Of a stretch of DNA of 64,000 nucleotides, positions 1 through 13,279 are shown piece after piece. Position numbers and translations under genes: made by a program. Position 1 is the stretch's first letter. Each line of letters opens with the position of its first letter. The stretch is taken from assembly GCA_021790795.1 (NCBI GenBank), contig JAJYFU010000002.1, positions 1,674 through 65,673 on the forward strand, given 5' to 3'. The notes under the pieces are model-generated. The model had not been told where the DNA came from. It saw nothing but the letters and a program-made list of their open reading frames with translations, and did not search any database. The stretch comes from Pseudomonadota bacterium (GTDB taxonomy: Bacteria > Pseudomonadota > Gammaproteobacteria > Steroidobacterales > Steroidobacteraceae).

Positions 1-2568
<2,568 letters not shown>

Positions 2569-2584
2569 GGGGTCGCTCTGGAGG

Positions 2585-3790
2585 TCAGCGGGAAATCGCG
2601 CTCTGGCGCGCGGCGGCCGCTTGCGGGTCCCGGGACTGGCCCTGAGCCTCGCGCAGCTGCGCCTGCAGCCGGCGCACCATCTGTTGCACGAACCGCTCGA
2701 ACAGCGGCTTGACATCGTGCGGGCCGGGGCTCGCCTCGGGATGTCCCTGGAAGCCGAAGGCCTCACGATCCTGGAATGCCAACCCCTGCAGGGAGCCGTC
2801 GAACAGCGAGCGGTGCGTGGCGCGCACGTTGGCCGGCAAGGTCGCCTCATCGACGGCGAAGCCGTGATTCTGGCTGGTGATGAGCACCCGGCCGGACTCC
2901 AGGTCCTGCACGGGGTGATTGGCGCCATGGTGGCCGAATTTCATCTTGACGGTGCGCGCGCCGGCGGCGAGCCCGAGGATCTGATGGCCCAGACAGATGC
3001 CGAACAGCGGCAGATCGGTCTGCAGAAACCGGCGCGTCGCCTCGATGGCGTACTCGCAGGGCTCGGGATCACCGGGTCCGTTGGAGAGAAACAACCCGTC
3101 CGGAGCCAGGGCGAGCGCCTCATCGGCGCTGGTCTCGGCCGGCACCACGGTCATCCGACAGCCGAAATCCGCCAGAAGCCGCAGGATATTGCGCTTGATG
3201 CCGAAGTCGTAGGCGACCACGTGCAGGCGCTGATGCGCGCGCAGCGCGCCGGTCTTCTCGGGCCACACGCTGGCGTCGTTCCACTGGAACGCGCGCCGCG
3301 TGCTGACGACCTTCGCCAGATCCATGCCCTTCAATCCCGGAAACTTGCGCGCCGCGATGACCGCGGCGGCGGCATCGGCCTTCTCGCCGGTCATGATGCA
3401 CGCCGACTGTGCTCCGCGCTCGCGCAGGATGCGCGTCAGACGCCGGGTGTCGATGCCGGCGATCGCGACGATGCGGCCGCGTTCGAGAAAACTGCCGAGC
3501 GATTCATTGCCGCGCCAGTTACTCCAGCGTACCGGCAAATCGCGCACGACGAGACCCGCGGCGTAGACCTGCGCAGACTCGAGATCCTCGGGAGTCGCGC
3601 CGGTGTTGCCGATGTGCGGACAGGTGAGCGTGACGATCTGACGGGCGTAGGACGGATCGGTCAGAATCTCCTGGTAACCCGTCATCGCGGTGTTGAAGAC
3701 GACCTCGCCCGTCGTATTACCTTTGGCACCAATCGATTGGCCGCGAAAGACGGTGCCATCCGCCAAAGCCAGGACTGCCGGCACGCTCAC
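2585..3790 (-). CDS. carA: carbamoyl-phosphate synthase small (glutaminase) subunit
   Basis: 401-aa ORF. N-terminus [16 protein letters not shown]...[12 protein letters not shown] and amidotransferase motif GICLGHQ. Lies directly upstream of carB. Confidence 0.95.
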   Translation of the reverse strand: MSVPAVLALADGTVFRGQSIGAKGNTTGEVVFNTAMTGYQEILTDPSYARQIVTLTCPHIGNTGATPEDLESAQVYAAGLVVRDLPVRWSNWRGNESLGSFLERGRIVAIAGIDTRRLTRILRERGAQSACIMTGEKADAAAAVIAARKFPGLKGMDLAKVVSTRRAFQWNDASVWPEKTGALRAHQRLHVVAYDFGIKRNILRLLADFGCRMTVVPAETSADEALALAPDGLFLSNGPGDPEPCEYAIEATRRFLQTDLPLFGICLGHQILGLAAGARTVKMKFGHHGANHPVQDLESGRVLITSQNHGFAVDEATLPANVRATHRSLFDGSLQGLAFQDREAFGFQGHPEASPGPHDVKPLFERFVQQMVRRLQAQLREAQGQSRDPQAAAARQSAISR

Positions 3791-3880
3791 TTCGATGGAT
3801 CCTCTCTTTCATCCGGCGGCGGGTCCGACTGCGACCCGCCGCGCCCGCCGGTTTGCGCCCGCGATAGGCGGATATACAAA

Positions 3881-3911
3881 GCGGGAGGCGTTCCTAAGAA
3901 CGGCCTCCCGC
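3881..3911 (-). terminator. hairpin downstream of dapB, candidate intrinsic terminator
   Basis: 9-bp stem GCGGGAGGC (3881-3889) pairs with GCCTCCCGC (3903-3911). On the minus strand it is followed by TTTGTATAT. It sits between the dapB stop and the carA start. Confidence 0.5.
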
Positions 3912-4059
3912 CTTGCGTGGACTAACCCGCACACGAATCGATTGACCCGCCCGCGGATCGGGCGAAATTCTACGGTCGCCTGCCGCGGGTGTCCATGAGA
4001 AATTCGCCGCTGGACCGCCGCATTCGAGACACTGCAGGATATTCTCTACCAGATTGATT

Positions 4060-4863
4060 TTACACAAAAATATCGCGCATCTCATAGCGTCCCGCGGGTT
4101 GCCGCGCGAGCCAGAGCGCGGCGGTGAGCGCACCGCGGGCGAAGATCGCGCGATCGGTGGCGCGATGCCCCAACACGAGCTGCTCACCGGGCCCGAGGAA
4201 GCGTACATCGTGCTCTCCGACCACGTCACCGCCCCTCACGACGGCGAAACCGACCTCGCCCGGGCGCCGCGGTCCGCTGCGCGCCGACCGGGCGCCCGCA
4301 AGCGCCTCCGCGGGAGCGATCCCCCGGGCATCGGCTACCGTCCGGGCCAGTGTGAGGGCGGTTCCCGAGGGCGCATCGCGCTTCATTCGGTGATGCGTCT
4401 CCAGAATCTCGACGTCGAACTCGACCGGCAGCGCGGCCGCGGCATGGCGCACCAGCTCGGTGAGCAGCGTGACGCCAAGGCTGGTGTTCGACGCCACGAG
4501 AAGCGCGATGTGCTGCGCCGCCTGGGCCAAGTCGGCCTCACCGAGCGCCTGCGCCAAACCCGTGGTCCCGATCAGCAGCGGGATCCCCGAGGCACGGCAG
4601 GCTGCAAGGTGGGCCCCACTCGCCTCGGGAAGGGAGAAATCAATCGCGACGTCCGCGTTCTGCAGCGCCCCTGCCAAATCCGCGCTGACGGCAAGTCCGA
4701 GTGGCTCGATGCCGGCAAGCTCGCCGGCATCTCGGCCGAGTGCGTTGCTGTGGGGTGAGGCAATCGCGCCGGCGAGGGTGAGCTGCGGAAACTCGGCGGC
4801 GGTACGCGTCAGCGCCCGCCCCATCCGGCCCGCAATCCCGATGATCACTGCACGTGTGCCCAC
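4060..4863 (-). CDS. dapB: 4-hydroxy-tetrahydrodipicolinate reductase
   Basis: 267-aa ORF. N-terminal Rossmann motif IIGIAGRMGR and central motif EILETHHRMKRDAPSGTA typical of DapB. GTG start; an internal GTG five codons later is also possible. Confidence 0.9.
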   Translation of the reverse strand: MGTRAVIIGIAGRMGRALTRTAAEFPQLTLAGAIASPHSNALGRDAGELAGIEPLGLAVSADLAGALQNADVAIDFSLPEASGAHLAACRASGIPLLIGTTGLAQALGEADLAQAAQHIALLVASNTSLGVTLLTELVRHAAAALPVEFDVEILETHHRMKRDAPSGTALTLARTVADARGIAPAEALAGARSARSGPRRPGEVGFAVVRGGDVVGEHDVRFLGPGEQLVLGHRATDRAIFARGALTAALWLARQPAGRYEMRDIFV

Positions 4864-4873
4864 AGAGCGGCTC

Positions 4874-6004
4874 TCAGACGCCGAAGAAGCGACGCACGCC
4901 GTCGAAAAACCCCTTCTCCCGCGGCGAGTGCCGCGTGCCGTTTTCCTTGAGCGATTCCTCCAGCTTGCGGACCAATTCTCGCTGCTCGGCCGAAAGATGC
5001 ACCGGCGTCTCGACCACCACGCGACAGAACAGGTCGCCCCGCGCGCTGCCGCGGACCGGCTTGACGCCCTTGTCGCGCAGCCGGAACACGCGCCCCGACT
5101 GTGTCTCGGCCGGAATCTTCAGCACCACATTGCCGTCGAGAGTGGGTACCTCCACCGAGCCGCCGAGCGCGGCGATGGCGAAACTGATCGGCACCTCGCA
5201 CGAGAGGTGCTCGCCGTCGCGCTCGAAGATCGAATGCTCGCGCACGTGCACTTCGACGTACAGATCCCCTGGCGGCCCGCCATTACGGCCCGCCTCGCCT
5301 TCTCCCGCGAGCCGGATCCGATCGCCCGTGTCCACGCCGGGCGGAACCTTGACCGAGAGCTTGCGTGTACGCCGCACGCGGCCTTGGCCAAAACACGTAT
5401 CACAGGGGTTGCGGACGATCGTGCCGGCGCCGCGGCACTTGGGACACGTCTGCTGCAGCTGGAAGAAACCTTGCGAGATGCGCACCTGGCCGCTGCCGCC
5501 ACACGCGTCGCACGAGCTGGGCGAGCTGCCCTTGGCCGCCCCGGTGCCGTGGCAGGTTTCGCACTCGGTCAGCTTCGGCACCTCGATCTGCACCGTGTGC
5601 CCGAAGACGGCCTCGCGCAAATCGAGCTCGAGCTCGTAGCGCAGATCGGCGCCCCGGAACACCTGCGCCCGACCGCCGCGGCGCGCGGCACCGAAGATAT
5701 CGCCAAACACATCCCCGAAGATGTCGCTGAACGCGTCCGCGGGATTGGGGCCACCCCGGCCGCGCGCACCGGCGGCGGCCTCGACCCCCGCATGACCATA
5801 CTGGTCGTACGCCGCACGTTTGGACGGCTCGGTGAGCACTTCATACGCTTCCTTCGCCTCCTTGAAGCGCTCCTCCGCCTCCGCGTCGTCCGGATTTCGG
5901 TCCGGATGGTATTTCATCGCCAGGCGCCGGTACGCCTTCTTGATTTCCGCCTCGGTCGCCGTCTTGGGGACGTCGAGAACCTTGTAGTAATCGCGCTTGG
6001 ACAT
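4874..6004 (-). CDS. dnaJ: molecular chaperone DnaJ
   Basis: J-domain with HPDRNP, a Gly/Phe-rich linker, and four CxxCxGxG zinc-finger repeats ([32 protein letters not shown]). Confidence 0.97.
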   Translation of the reverse strand: MSKRDYYKVLDVPKTATEAEIKKAYRRLAMKYHPDRNPDDAEAEERFKEAKEAYEVLTEPSKRAAYDQYGHAGVEAAAGARGRGGPNPADAFSDIFGDVFGDIFGAARRGGRAQVFRGADLRYELELDLREAVFGHTVQIEVPKLTECETCHGTGAAKGSSPSSCDACGGSGQVRISQGFFQLQQTCPKCRGAGTIVRNPCDTCFGQGRVRRTRKLSVKVPPGVDTGDRIRLAGEGEAGRNGGPPGDLYVEVHVREHSIFERDGEHLSCEVPISFAIAALGGSVEVPTLDGNVVLKIPAETQSGRVFRLRDKGVKPVRGSARGDLFCRVVVETPVHLSAEQRELVRKLEESLKENGTRHSPREKGFFDGVRRFFGV

Positions 6005-6106
6005 GCGGGAATGTTAGCGTGAATTATGCACGAGCGTTCCGAAATGCGCCGATCTTCCGCGCGTCCCCGAGCCGCGTCGCCCGCCGGGCCGCACATGCGC
6101 TCGCGC

Positions 6107-6142
6107 GGGCCGGGTGAAAGACATCCTGCTTTCACCCGGCCC
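6107..6142 (-). terminator. strong hairpin in the dnaK-dnaJ spacer (attenuator or partial terminator candidate)
   Basis: Perfect 14-bp stem GGGCCGGGTGAAAG / CTTTCACCCGGCCC with an 8-nt loop. No U-tract follows. Confidence 0.35.
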
Positions 6143-6162
6143 GCACGCAATCGCGCTCTGCG

Positions 6163-6184
6163 AACCCGTGGCGAGCCACGGGTT
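6163..6184 (-). terminator. hairpin immediately downstream of the dnaK stop
   Basis: 9-bp stem AACCCGTGG / CCACGGGTT with a 4-nt loop, about 40 nt after the dnaK stop codon. No U-tract follows. Confidence 0.3.
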
Positions 6185-6222
6185 GTGCCGGAACTCGCGA
6201 GCCGATCGAGATCGAGTTGGCG

Positions 6223-8181
6223 TTAGGACGCTTTGCGCCCCTTGTCCTTGACCTCTTCGAACTCCGCGTCGACGACATTCTCCTTGCCGCCGGTGGCGCC
6301 ACCGCCCGCTGCACCCGGCTCGGCGCCCGCCGCACCGGCGGCCGCTGCGCCGGCCTCGCCCGGCTGGGCCGCGTAGGCCTTCTGGGCGATCCCGGCCGAA
6401 GCCTGCGCCAGCGCTTCGGTTTTCTTCTCGATCACCGCCTGGTCGTCGCCCTTGAGCGCCGTGCGCAGCTCGGAGATGGCCGACTCGAGCGCGGCACGCT
6501 CACTCGACTCGACCTTGTCGCCAAGATCCTTCAGGCTCCGTTCCACGGCGTGAATCATCGCATCGGCCTTGTTGCGCGTCTCGACCAGCTCGCGGAAGCG
6601 CTTGTCCTCGGCCGCATGCGCCTCGGCATCGCGCACCATGCGCTTGATCTCGTCCTCGTTGAGGCCGCTCGAGGCCTTGATGACGATCTTCTGCTCCCGC
6701 CCGGTGGCCTTGTCCTTCGCCGATACGTTGAGAATACCGTTGGCGTCGATGTCGAAAGACACCTCGATCTGGGGCATGCCGCGCGGCGCCGGTGGAATAT
6801 CCGACAGATCGAACTTGCCGAGGGACTTGTTGTCCGCGGCGCGCTCGCGCTCGCCCTGCAGCACGTGGATGGTCACCGCCGTCTGACTGTCGTCGGCGGT
6901 GGAGAACACCTGCGCGGCCTTGGTCGGAATGGTGGTGTTCTTCTCGATGAGCTTGGTCATGACCCCGCCCAGAGTCTCGATGCCGAGGGACAGCGGGGTC
7001 ACATCGAGCAGCAGCACGTCCTTGACTTCACCGGCGAGCACGCCAGCCTGGATCGCCGCTCCGACCGCCACCGCCTCATCGGGGTTCACGTCTTTGCGCG
7101 GCTCGCGTCCGAAGAAGTCCTTGACGTACTTCTGCACCAGCGGCATGCGGGTCTGGCCGCCGACCAGGATGACCTCGGCGATATCCCCGGCGGAGACGCC
7201 GGCGTCTTTCAGCGCGGTGCGACACGGAGCAATGGTTCTTTGCACCAGCTCCTCCACCAGCGCCTCGAGCTTCGCTCGGGTGAGCTTGACGGACAGGTGC
7301 TTCGGACCGGAGGCGTCCGCCGTGATGTACGGCAGGTTGATCTCGGTCTGTTGCGTCGAGGAAAGCTCGATCTTGGCCTTCTCCGCGGCCTCCTTCAGAC
7401 GCTGCATGGCGAGCGGGTCCTTGCGCACGTCGACGCCGGACTCCTTCAGGAATTCCTCGGCCAGGAAATTGATGATGCGCAGGTCGAAGTCCTCGCCGCC
7501 GAGGAACGTGTCGCCGTTGGTCGAGAGCACCTCGAACTGATGCTCGCCGTCGATCTCGGCGATCTCGATGATGGAAACATCGAACGTGCCGCCGCCCAGG
7601 TCGTACACGGCGATCTTGCGATCCCCGCCCTGCTTGTCGAGCCCATAGGCGAGCGAGGCGGCGGTCGGCTCGTTGATGATGCGCTTGACCTCGAGGCCCG
7701 CGATGCGCCCGGCGTCCTTGGTCGCCTGGCGCTGGGAATCATTGAAATACGCCGGCACCGTGATCACCGCCTCGGTGACCGGCTCACCGAGATAGTCCTC
7801 GGCGGTCTTCTTCATCTTCATCAGCACGCGCGCGGAGATCTCCGGCGGGGCCATCTGCTTGCCCTGCACCTCGACCCACGCATCGCCGTTGTCGGCGCGG
7901 GCGATCCGGTACGGCACCATCTTGGCGTCGCGCTGCACGACCTCGTCCTCGAACTTGCGTCCGATCAGACGCTTGATCGCAAACAGGGTGTTCTGCGGAT
8001 TGGTGACCGCCTGGCGCTTGGCCGGCTGGCCCACCAACACCTCGTTGTCCTTGGTGAAAGCGACGATCGATGGCGTCGTGCGATCGCCCTCGCTGTTCTC
8101 GATCACCCGGGGCTTGCCCCCCTCCATGATGGCCACGCACGAATTGGTGGTGCCGAGGTCGATGCCGATTACCTTTGCCAT
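6223..8181 (-). CDS. dnaK: molecular chaperone DnaK (Hsp70)
   Basis: 652-aa ORF beginning [17 protein letters not shown], with DLGGGTFD and the other Hsp70 signatures along its whole length. Confidence 0.99.
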   Translation of the reverse strand: MAKVIGIDLGTTNSCVAIMEGGKPRVIENSEGDRTTPSIVAFTKDNEVLVGQPAKRQAVTNPQNTLFAIKRLIGRKFEDEVVQRDAKMVPYRIARADNGDAWVEVQGKQMAPPEISARVLMKMKKTAEDYLGEPVTEAVITVPAYFNDSQRQATKDAGRIAGLEVKRIINEPTAASLAYGLDKQGGDRKIAVYDLGGGTFDVSIIEIAEIDGEHQFEVLSTNGDTFLGGEDFDLRIINFLAEEFLKESGVDVRKDPLAMQRLKEAAEKAKIELSSTQQTEINLPYITADASGPKHLSVKLTRAKLEALVEELVQRTIAPCRTALKDAGVSAGDIAEVILVGGQTRMPLVQKYVKDFFGREPRKDVNPDEAVAVGAAIQAGVLAGEVKDVLLLDVTPLSLGIETLGGVMTKLIEKNTTIPTKAAQVFSTADDSQTAVTIHVLQGERERAADNKSLGKFDLSDIPPAPRGMPQIEVSFDIDANGILNVSAKDKATGREQKIVIKASSGLNEDEIKRMVRDAEAHAAEDKRFRELVETRNKADAMIHAVERSLKDLGDKVESSERAALESAISELRTALKGDDQAVIEKKTEALAQASAGIAQKAYAAQPGEAGAAAAGAAGAEPGAAGGGATGGKENVVDAEFEEVKDKGRKAS

Positions 8182-8237
8182 GATCTGCTCCGCCGATATC
8201 TGCTGTCGTAGGGTGCCTGAAAGTCGTCGAGGTTCTT

Positions 8238-8264
8238 TCTGGGGGCCCGTCAGGCCGAATCAAG
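8238..8264 (-). promoter_or_regulatory. sigma-32-like heat-shock promoter upstream of dnaK
   Basis: The minus strand reads CTTGATT-N13-CCCCAGA, against the consensus CTTGAAA-N13/14-CCCCATNT. It lies about 57 nt upstream of the dnaK ATG. Confidence 0.45.
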
Positions 8265-8266
8265 GT

Positions 8267-8857
8267 CTACCCGGCGGCCGCCTTGGCGACGATCACCCGC
8301 GCCGGGCGCAACAGCCTGCCGTTGAGCTCGTAGCCCGTCTGAACCACCTGCAGCACCGTGTTCGGAGCCGCCGTGGCGGACTCCTGGGCCAGCATGGCCT
8401 CGTGCCGCGCCGGATCAAAGGGTTCGCCGAGCGGCAGGATGGGCGTGATTCCGAGCTTCTCCAGGGCCTTGGTCAGCAGTTTCAGGGTTGCCTCCTGGCC
8501 CTGCTTGAGGCTCTGGGGGTCAACGTCGGCTTGGCCGGTGCTGTGCACCGCGAGCTCGAGGCTGTCCTGGACCGGCAGCAGCTCGGCGGCGAATTTCTCC
8601 AGGCCATACCGGTTTGCCGCCTCGATGTCGCGCTGGGCGCGCTTGCGTACATTGTCCAGCTCGGCCACGGCGCGCAAGTACTGCTCCCAGTGCTCACGCG
8701 CACGCAGCTCGGCTTGCTCGAGCGCCTGCTGCACTCGCGCCAGCTCCGCCGGCGCATCGCCGCCCTCACCGGGAGCCGCCCCACCGGCCGTGCCGGCCGG
8801 CTCGCCCGCGGCGCGCGGCGCCTCTGCCGGGCTCATGCCGGCCTGTTCAGTGCTCAT
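8267..8857 (-). CDS. grpE: nucleotide exchange factor GrpE
   Basis: The track ORF is 8267-9091. I place the start at the internal ATG (8857, MSTEQAG...), because upstream codons overlap hrcA and look non-coding. The conserved core is YLRAVAELDNVRKRAQRD. Confidence 0.9.
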   Translation of the reverse strand: MSTEQAGMSPAEAPRAAGEPAGTAGGAAPGEGGDAPAELARVQQALEQAELRAREHWEQYLRAVAELDNVRKRAQRDIEAANRYGLEKFAAELLPVQDSLELAVHSTGQADVDPQSLKQGQEATLKLLTKALEKLGITPILPLGEPFDPARHEAMLAQESATAAPNTVLQVVQTGYELNGRLLRPARVIVAKAAAG

Positions 8858-8937
8858 CCACAATCCTCTCAGATTCTTGAGGTAAAACCATTGCTTCCCG
8901 GGATCGCGCCGGGATGGCCTGCTGCGATCGGTGGGGG

Positions 8938-9999
8938 TCAGCGCCGCGAATTCAAGGCGGCGCCCAGCAGTTTTGCCGTCATGTCCACGATGGGAATGAC
9001 CCGCTCGTAAGCCATACGGGTCGGTCCGATCACCCCGAGAACGCCGACGGCCGAGCCCGGCGAGCCGTACGGGGCGGTGATCACGCTGCAATCGTCGAGA
9101 ATACGGTAGCCGGATTCATGGCCGATGAAGATCTGCACGCCCTCGGCCCGCAGGCTATGGTCGAGCAAGTGCAGGAAATCACGCTTCTCGCTGAACGCCT
9201 CGAACAGGCGCCTCAGCCGCTCGACGCTCGAGAGCTCGGCCAGGCTCATCAGATTCGTCTCGCCCTTGATCACGTACTCGAGCTCTCCCTCCTGCCCGCC
9301 AGACCCGAACACATGCTGGGCCATGGAGATCGCATCGAGCATGACCTGGTTCATGTGCGCCCGGGTCTCGCTCAGCTGGCGGAGAATCTCTTCGCGCACC
9401 TGCTCGAGGGAGCGCCCGCGAAAGTGCTCGTTGAGGAACTGCGTGGCCCGCTTGAGCTCATCGGGGGAGTAGTACCGCTCCAGCTGGATGATGCGGTTCT
9501 GCACCTCGCTGTCCCCATACACCAGCACCACCAGCACGCGGTTCTCCGAGAGGCTCACGAACTCGATCTGCGTGATCGATGCCTGGGTGGCGCGCGGCAA
9601 GGTCACCACGCCCGCAAGCCGAGTCAGGCTCGAGAGGAGCTCCGAAACCGTGCTCACCAGATCCTTGCCGCTCTCGCGCAGCGTCGCGAACTGGCGCTCG
9701 ATCTCGTCGGCTGCCGCAGCCGGCAGCGGCCCGACCTGCAGAAGCGAGTCGACGAAGAAGCGGTAGCCTTTGTCGGTCGGAATCCGGCCGGCCGAGGTGT
9801 GCGGCGAGGCGACGAAGCCGAGCTCCTCCAGGTCGGCCATCACGTTACGGATGGTCGCCGAGGACAGCTGCAGTCCGGATTCGCGCGACAGCGAGCGCGA
9901 TCCGACCGGCTGACCGTCGCGGATATAGCTCTCCACGAGCACCCGCAGCAAATGCTGCGCGCGCTCGCTCAGTTGATCTTCCCGCCCATCATGCGTCAT
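8938..9999 (-). CDS. hrcA: heat-inducible transcription repressor HrcA
   Basis: 353-aa ORF. N-terminal winged-helix region LSERAQHLLRVLVESYIRDGQPVGSRSL and the classic hrcA-grpE-dnaK-dnaJ order. Confidence 0.92.
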   Translation of the reverse strand: MTHDGREDQLSERAQHLLRVLVESYIRDGQPVGSRSLSRESGLQLSSATIRNVMADLEELGFVASPHTSAGRIPTDKGYRFFVDSLLQVGPLPAAAADEIERQFATLRESGKDLVSTVSELLSSLTRLAGVVTLPRATQASITQIEFVSLSENRVLVVLVYGDSEVQNRIIQLERYYSPDELKRATQFLNEHFRGRSLEQVREEILRQLSETRAHMNQVMLDAISMAQHVFGSGGQEGELEYVIKGETNLMSLAELSSVERLRRLFEAFSEKRDFLHLLDHSLRAEGVQIFIGHESGYRILDDCSVITAPYGSPGSAVGVLGVIGPTRMAYERVIPIVDMTAKLLGAALNSRR

Positions 10000-10106
10000 A
10001 GGTGCCGGCTGCGCGCAGATGTCGCTCGCGCGGTTGCCGCCTCGAAACTATAGGCACGGCGCACGAGCGTCAAGCAACCGATCCGGCGTCCTGCTAGGAT
10101 TTTCCG

Positions 10107-10988
10107 ATGACCCCTCCTCGCAGCTGTGCGCTGGTCGGCCGATTCACGGACCCGCGGGTGGCCGAATCGGCCCAGGCGGTGCTGGCGCATCTGGCCGCCC
10201 GGGACGTGGCCGTGCGGGTGGACGCCCGCACGCCCCTTGCGGGCAGTCCGGGCACGACCGGGGTGCCTGAGGATCAGCTCGGCGAGGCCGTCGACCTGAT
10301 GATCGCGGTGGGCGGCGATGGGACGTTGCTCTACGCGGCGGGCCTGGTGGCGCGCCACGGCGTGCCGCTGCTCGGTATCAATCGCGGCCGGCTGGGCTTT
10401 CTGACGGATGTGATGCCTCAGGACATCCCGGCGTGCCTCGATGCGGCCCTGGAAGGCCGGCTCGATGCCGATGAGCGACCGCTGCTGGCCGCCTGCCTGT
10501 ACCAGAGCGGTGGCGCCACCGCCACGGCCCTGGCGCTCAACGACATCGTGCTGCAAAAATTCGCCACCGGTCGGATGCTCGATTTCGAGACTCGCGTGGC
10601 CGGCAACTACGTCAACACGCACGCGGGCGACGGCATCGTGGTGGCGAGCGCCACCGGCTCGACCGCCTACGCCCTCTCGTGCGGCGGCCCGATCATCGAG
10701 CCGCAGTTGGACATCGTGGTGCTCGCGCCGATTTGCCCCCACACGCTCTCGGATCGCCCGATCGTGGTCTCGGGCCGCTCGGCCATCGAGATCCGATTGC
10801 TGGAGCGTCCGGACACTCGCGCGCAGATCACCTGCGACGGCGTGGTCCTCGGCTCCATGGTCCCCGGCGAACGGCTGCAGATCAGGCGCGCCGCCGAGCG
10901 CATCACGCTGCTGCACCCGCCCGGCTACGATTACTTCCGGCTGCTGCGCTCGAAGCTGCACTGGGGTCGAGGTAACGCCGAACGCTGA
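10107..10988 (+). CDS. nadK: NAD(+) kinase
   Basis: 293-aa ORF with GGDGTLL and NRGRLGFLTD motifs. Divergent from the chaperone operon, as in E. coli. Confidence 0.93.
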   Translation: MTPPRSCALVGRFTDPRVAESAQAVLAHLAARDVAVRVDARTPLAGSPGTTGVPEDQLGEAVDLMIAVGGDGTLLYAAGLVARHGVPLLGINRGRLGFLTDVMPQDIPACLDAALEGRLDADERPLLAACLYQSGGATATALALNDIVLQKFATGRMLDFETRVAGNYVNTHAGDGIVVASATGSTAYALSCGGPIIEPQLDIVVLAPICPHTLSDRPIVVSGRSAIEIRLLERPDTRAQITCDGVVLGSMVPGERLQIRRAAERITLLHPPGYDYFRLLRSKLHWGRGNAER

Positions 10989-11024
10989 GCGCCCCGCGCG
11001 CCGCGCAGATCACGGCTCATCGCC

Positions 11025-12734
11025 ATGCTGAACGTCCTGCAGATCCGCGACTTTGCCATCATCGATACGCTCGAGCTGACCGTGCGGCCTGGACTTACGG
11101 TGCTCACGGGCGAGACCGGGGCCGGCAAATCCATCCTGGTGGATGCGCTGCAGCTGCTGGCCGGGGCCCGGGCCGGCGCCGAGATGATCCGCCACGGCGC
11201 CGAGCGGGCCGAGCTCAGCGCCACCTTCGACGTGCGCACCGCCCCGGCCGAGCTTGCCCAGTGGCTGGAACAACAGGCGCTCGGCGCCGATGAGCTGATC
11301 GTGCGGCGCATGATCTCGGCCGACGGGCGCTCGCGCGCCTGGCTCAATGGCCAACCGGTACCCCTGCAACTGCTGCGCGAGGCCGGTAATCTGCTCATCG
11401 ACATTCACGGCCAGCACGAATTTCAGTCGCTCACCCGCGCCGTCCGCCAGCGCGAGCTGCTCGACGAGTACGGCGGACTCGAGGCGCGCGCCGCCGAGGT
11501 CGCCGAGACCTGGCGCCGCTGGCGCGAGCTGCAATCGAGCCAGAACACCCTGGCGGACGCCGCCCGCGATCGAGGTGCTCGGCTCGACCTGCTGCGCCAT
11601 CAGGTCGGCGAGCTGGCCGCCCTCGAACTCGGCGCCGGCGAGCTCGAGCGCCTGAGCGAGGAGCGCACGCGTTTGGCACACCGCGGCCGTCTTGCGCAAG
11701 CCGCCCAGGGCGCGCTGGCGTTGCTGTACCAGGACGAGTCGCACAACGCCCACGGCGCGGTCGGACGTGCGCTGCAGTCGCTACGCGGGGTTGTCGGGAT
11801 CGACGCGCATCTCCAGCCGATCGTCGCGCTGGCGCAGGAAGCCGAGGTCAATCTCCGCGAAGCGGCTCGCGAGCTCGAGCGCTACGTCGAGGACCTGGAG
11901 CTCGATACCGCCCGGCAGAACACGGTGGAGAGCCGGCTCGCGGCCATCGAGGATCTCGCGCGCAAGCACCGGGTGGCGCCGGCCGAGCTGCCGGCGCGCG
12001 CGGCGCAGCTCGGCGCGGATCTGGCGGCGCTCGAGCGTACCGAGCTGGATTTGGAGGCCGTGCGCGCCGAACTGGCCGGCGTGCTCGCGCAGTACCGGCG
12101 TCAGGCGCAGGGGCTCACCCGGGCCCGCGTCGCGGCGGCCGCGGCGCTCGGCGCCGCCGTGAGCGAGCACATGCAGAAACTGGGCATGGCGGGCGGACGC
12201 TTCGAGGTCGGCGTGACGGAGCACGCGGGCGAGCCCGCGGCCCACGGCGCCGATGACATCGAGTTTTGCGTCAGCGCCAATCCGGGTCAGCCGCTACGCC
12301 CGCTCGCCAAGGTCGCCTCCGGGGGCGAGCTGTCCCGCCTGTCGCTGGCCGTCGAGGTGGCCAGCAGCGCGCGCGAAACCCGCTGCATGGTCTTCGACGA
12401 GGTCGACTCGGGTATCGGCGGCGCGGTGGCCGAGATCGTCGGGCGCGAGCTGCGCATCCTCGGGGAGCGCGGCCAGGTCCTGTGCGTGACGCACCTGCCG
12501 CAAGTGGCTTCGCAGGGACATCAGCAGATGCGCGTCGAAAAGCGAGCGGACGGGGGCGCCACGCGCACCACGCTGGCCGAACTCGATGCGAGCGAGCGCA
12601 TCGAGGAGCTCGCCCGCATGCTCGGCGGGGTCGATGTCACCGACTCGGCGCGCGCGCACGCGCGTGCGCTGCTCGCAGGGACAGGCCCGCTTGAACCGCC
12701 ACGGCCGGCAAAGCGTGCCGCGCGACGCCGCTGA
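11025..12734 (+). CDS. recN: DNA repair protein RecN
   Basis: 569-aa ORF. N-terminal Walker A motif GETGAGKSI, long coiled-coil middle, and C-terminal SGGELSR signature of SMC-like RecN. Confidence 0.95.
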   Translation: MLNVLQIRDFAIIDTLELTVRPGLTVLTGETGAGKSILVDALQLLAGARAGAEMIRHGAERAELSATFDVRTAPAELAQWLEQQALGADELIVRRMISADGRSRAWLNGQPVPLQLLREAGNLLIDIHGQHEFQSLTRAVRQRELLDEYGGLEARAAEVAETWRRWRELQSSQNTLADAARDRGARLDLLRHQVGELAALELGAGELERLSEERTRLAHRGRLAQAAQGALALLYQDESHNAHGAVGRALQSLRGVVGIDAHLQPIVALAQEAEVNLREAARELERYVEDLELDTARQNTVESRLAAIEDLARKHRVAPAELPARAAQLGADLAALERTELDLEAVRAELAGVLAQYRRQAQGLTRARVAAAAALGAAVSEHMQKLGMAGGRFEVGVTEHAGEPAAHGADDIEFCVSANPGQPLRPLAKVASGGELSRLSLAVEVASSARETRCMVFDEVDSGIGGAVAEIVGRELRILGERGQVLCVTHLPQVASQGHQQMRVEKRADGGATRTTLAELDASERIEELARMLGGVDVTDSARAHARALLAGTGPLEPPRPAKRAARRR

Positions 12735-12744
12735 GCGCCGCCCG

Positions 12745-13179
12745 TCAATGCTCCGGTTTGCGCCGGTATGGGCACGCCTCGCGGCGGCAGTGGCCGTAGA
12801 GAATCAGGGAGTGGTCGCTGATCTCGAAGTGCAGCTTGCGGGCCACGGCGTTCTGGCGAGACTCGATGTCCGGGTCGACGAACTCTTCGACGCGGCCGCA
12901 GTCCAGACACACGATATGATCGTGATGCGCGCCCTCGTTGAGTTCGAAAACCGCCATGCCATCCTCGAAATGGTGACGCGCGACCAGACCGGCGGCTTCG
13001 AATTGGGTCAGCACCCGGTAGACCGTCGCGAGGCCGATATCCTCGTGGGACTCGAGCAGACTGCGGTAGATGTCCTCGGCCGACAGATGCCGCGTCTTGC
13101 TGCCGGCGAGGATCTCCAGGATCTTCAGGCGCGGCAACGTGACTTTCAGGCCCGCTTTGCGAAGGTCATTACCTTCCAC
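12745..13179 (-). CDS. fur: ferric uptake regulator
   Basis: 144-aa ORF containing LKVTLPRLKILEIL, TVYRVLTQFEAAGLV and HHDHIVCLDCG. Confidence 0.95.
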   Translation of the reverse strand: MEGNDLRKAGLKVTLPRLKILEILAGSKTRHLSAEDIYRSLLESHEDIGLATVYRVLTQFEAAGLVARHHFEDGMAVFELNEGAHHDHIVCLDCGRVEEFVDPDIESRQNAVARKLHFEISDHSLILYGHCRREACPYRRKPEH

Positions 13180-13279
13180 GGCGATCTGCGCCTCCCGAGG
13201 TCGAGCACCGCGCGGATCGCGGCGGCGGCGCGTTCATGATCAGGTATCATCCGTTCCCATTATTGCCCATCGGACCTTC

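Noticed and set aside
6217-8211. 664-aa plus-strand ORF opposite dnaK; similar long antisense ORFs lie opposite the opg genes (16750-18267, 18507-20141, 20233-22053), prc (27758-29971), dnaX (37631-39046), the DUF748 gene (41821-43716), the GH115-like gene/panE (44717-47056), the TBDR (54538-55548) and bdhA (57265-58515)
   Set aside because: All lie antisense to genes with strong family signatures and have Arg/Gly/Ala/Pro-rich composition. They are artefacts of high GC3 that suppresses stop codons.
8876-8904. Plus-strand CTTGAG-N15-CCCGGGAT resembling a sigma-32 promoter
   Set aside because: It points away from any plus-strand gene, since both neighbours are on the minus strand. The match is weak and probably coincidental.
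8858-9091. N-terminal 78-codon extension of the grpE ORF
   Set aside because: It overlaps the 3' end of hrcA and has an implausible Arg-rich sequence. The internal ATG at 8857 yields a normal 197-aa GrpE.
10989-11024. Expected LexA/SOS box upstream of recN
   Set aside because: No CTGT-N8-ACAG or other palindromic SOS-like motif is present in the 36-bp spacer or the end of nadK.
13236-13250. Inverted repeat ATGAT-N5-ATCAT upstream of fur, considered as a Fur box
   Set aside because: Only the 5-bp arms match. The overall fit to the 19-bp GATAATGATAATCATTATC consensus is poor. I cannot support it without a matrix scan.
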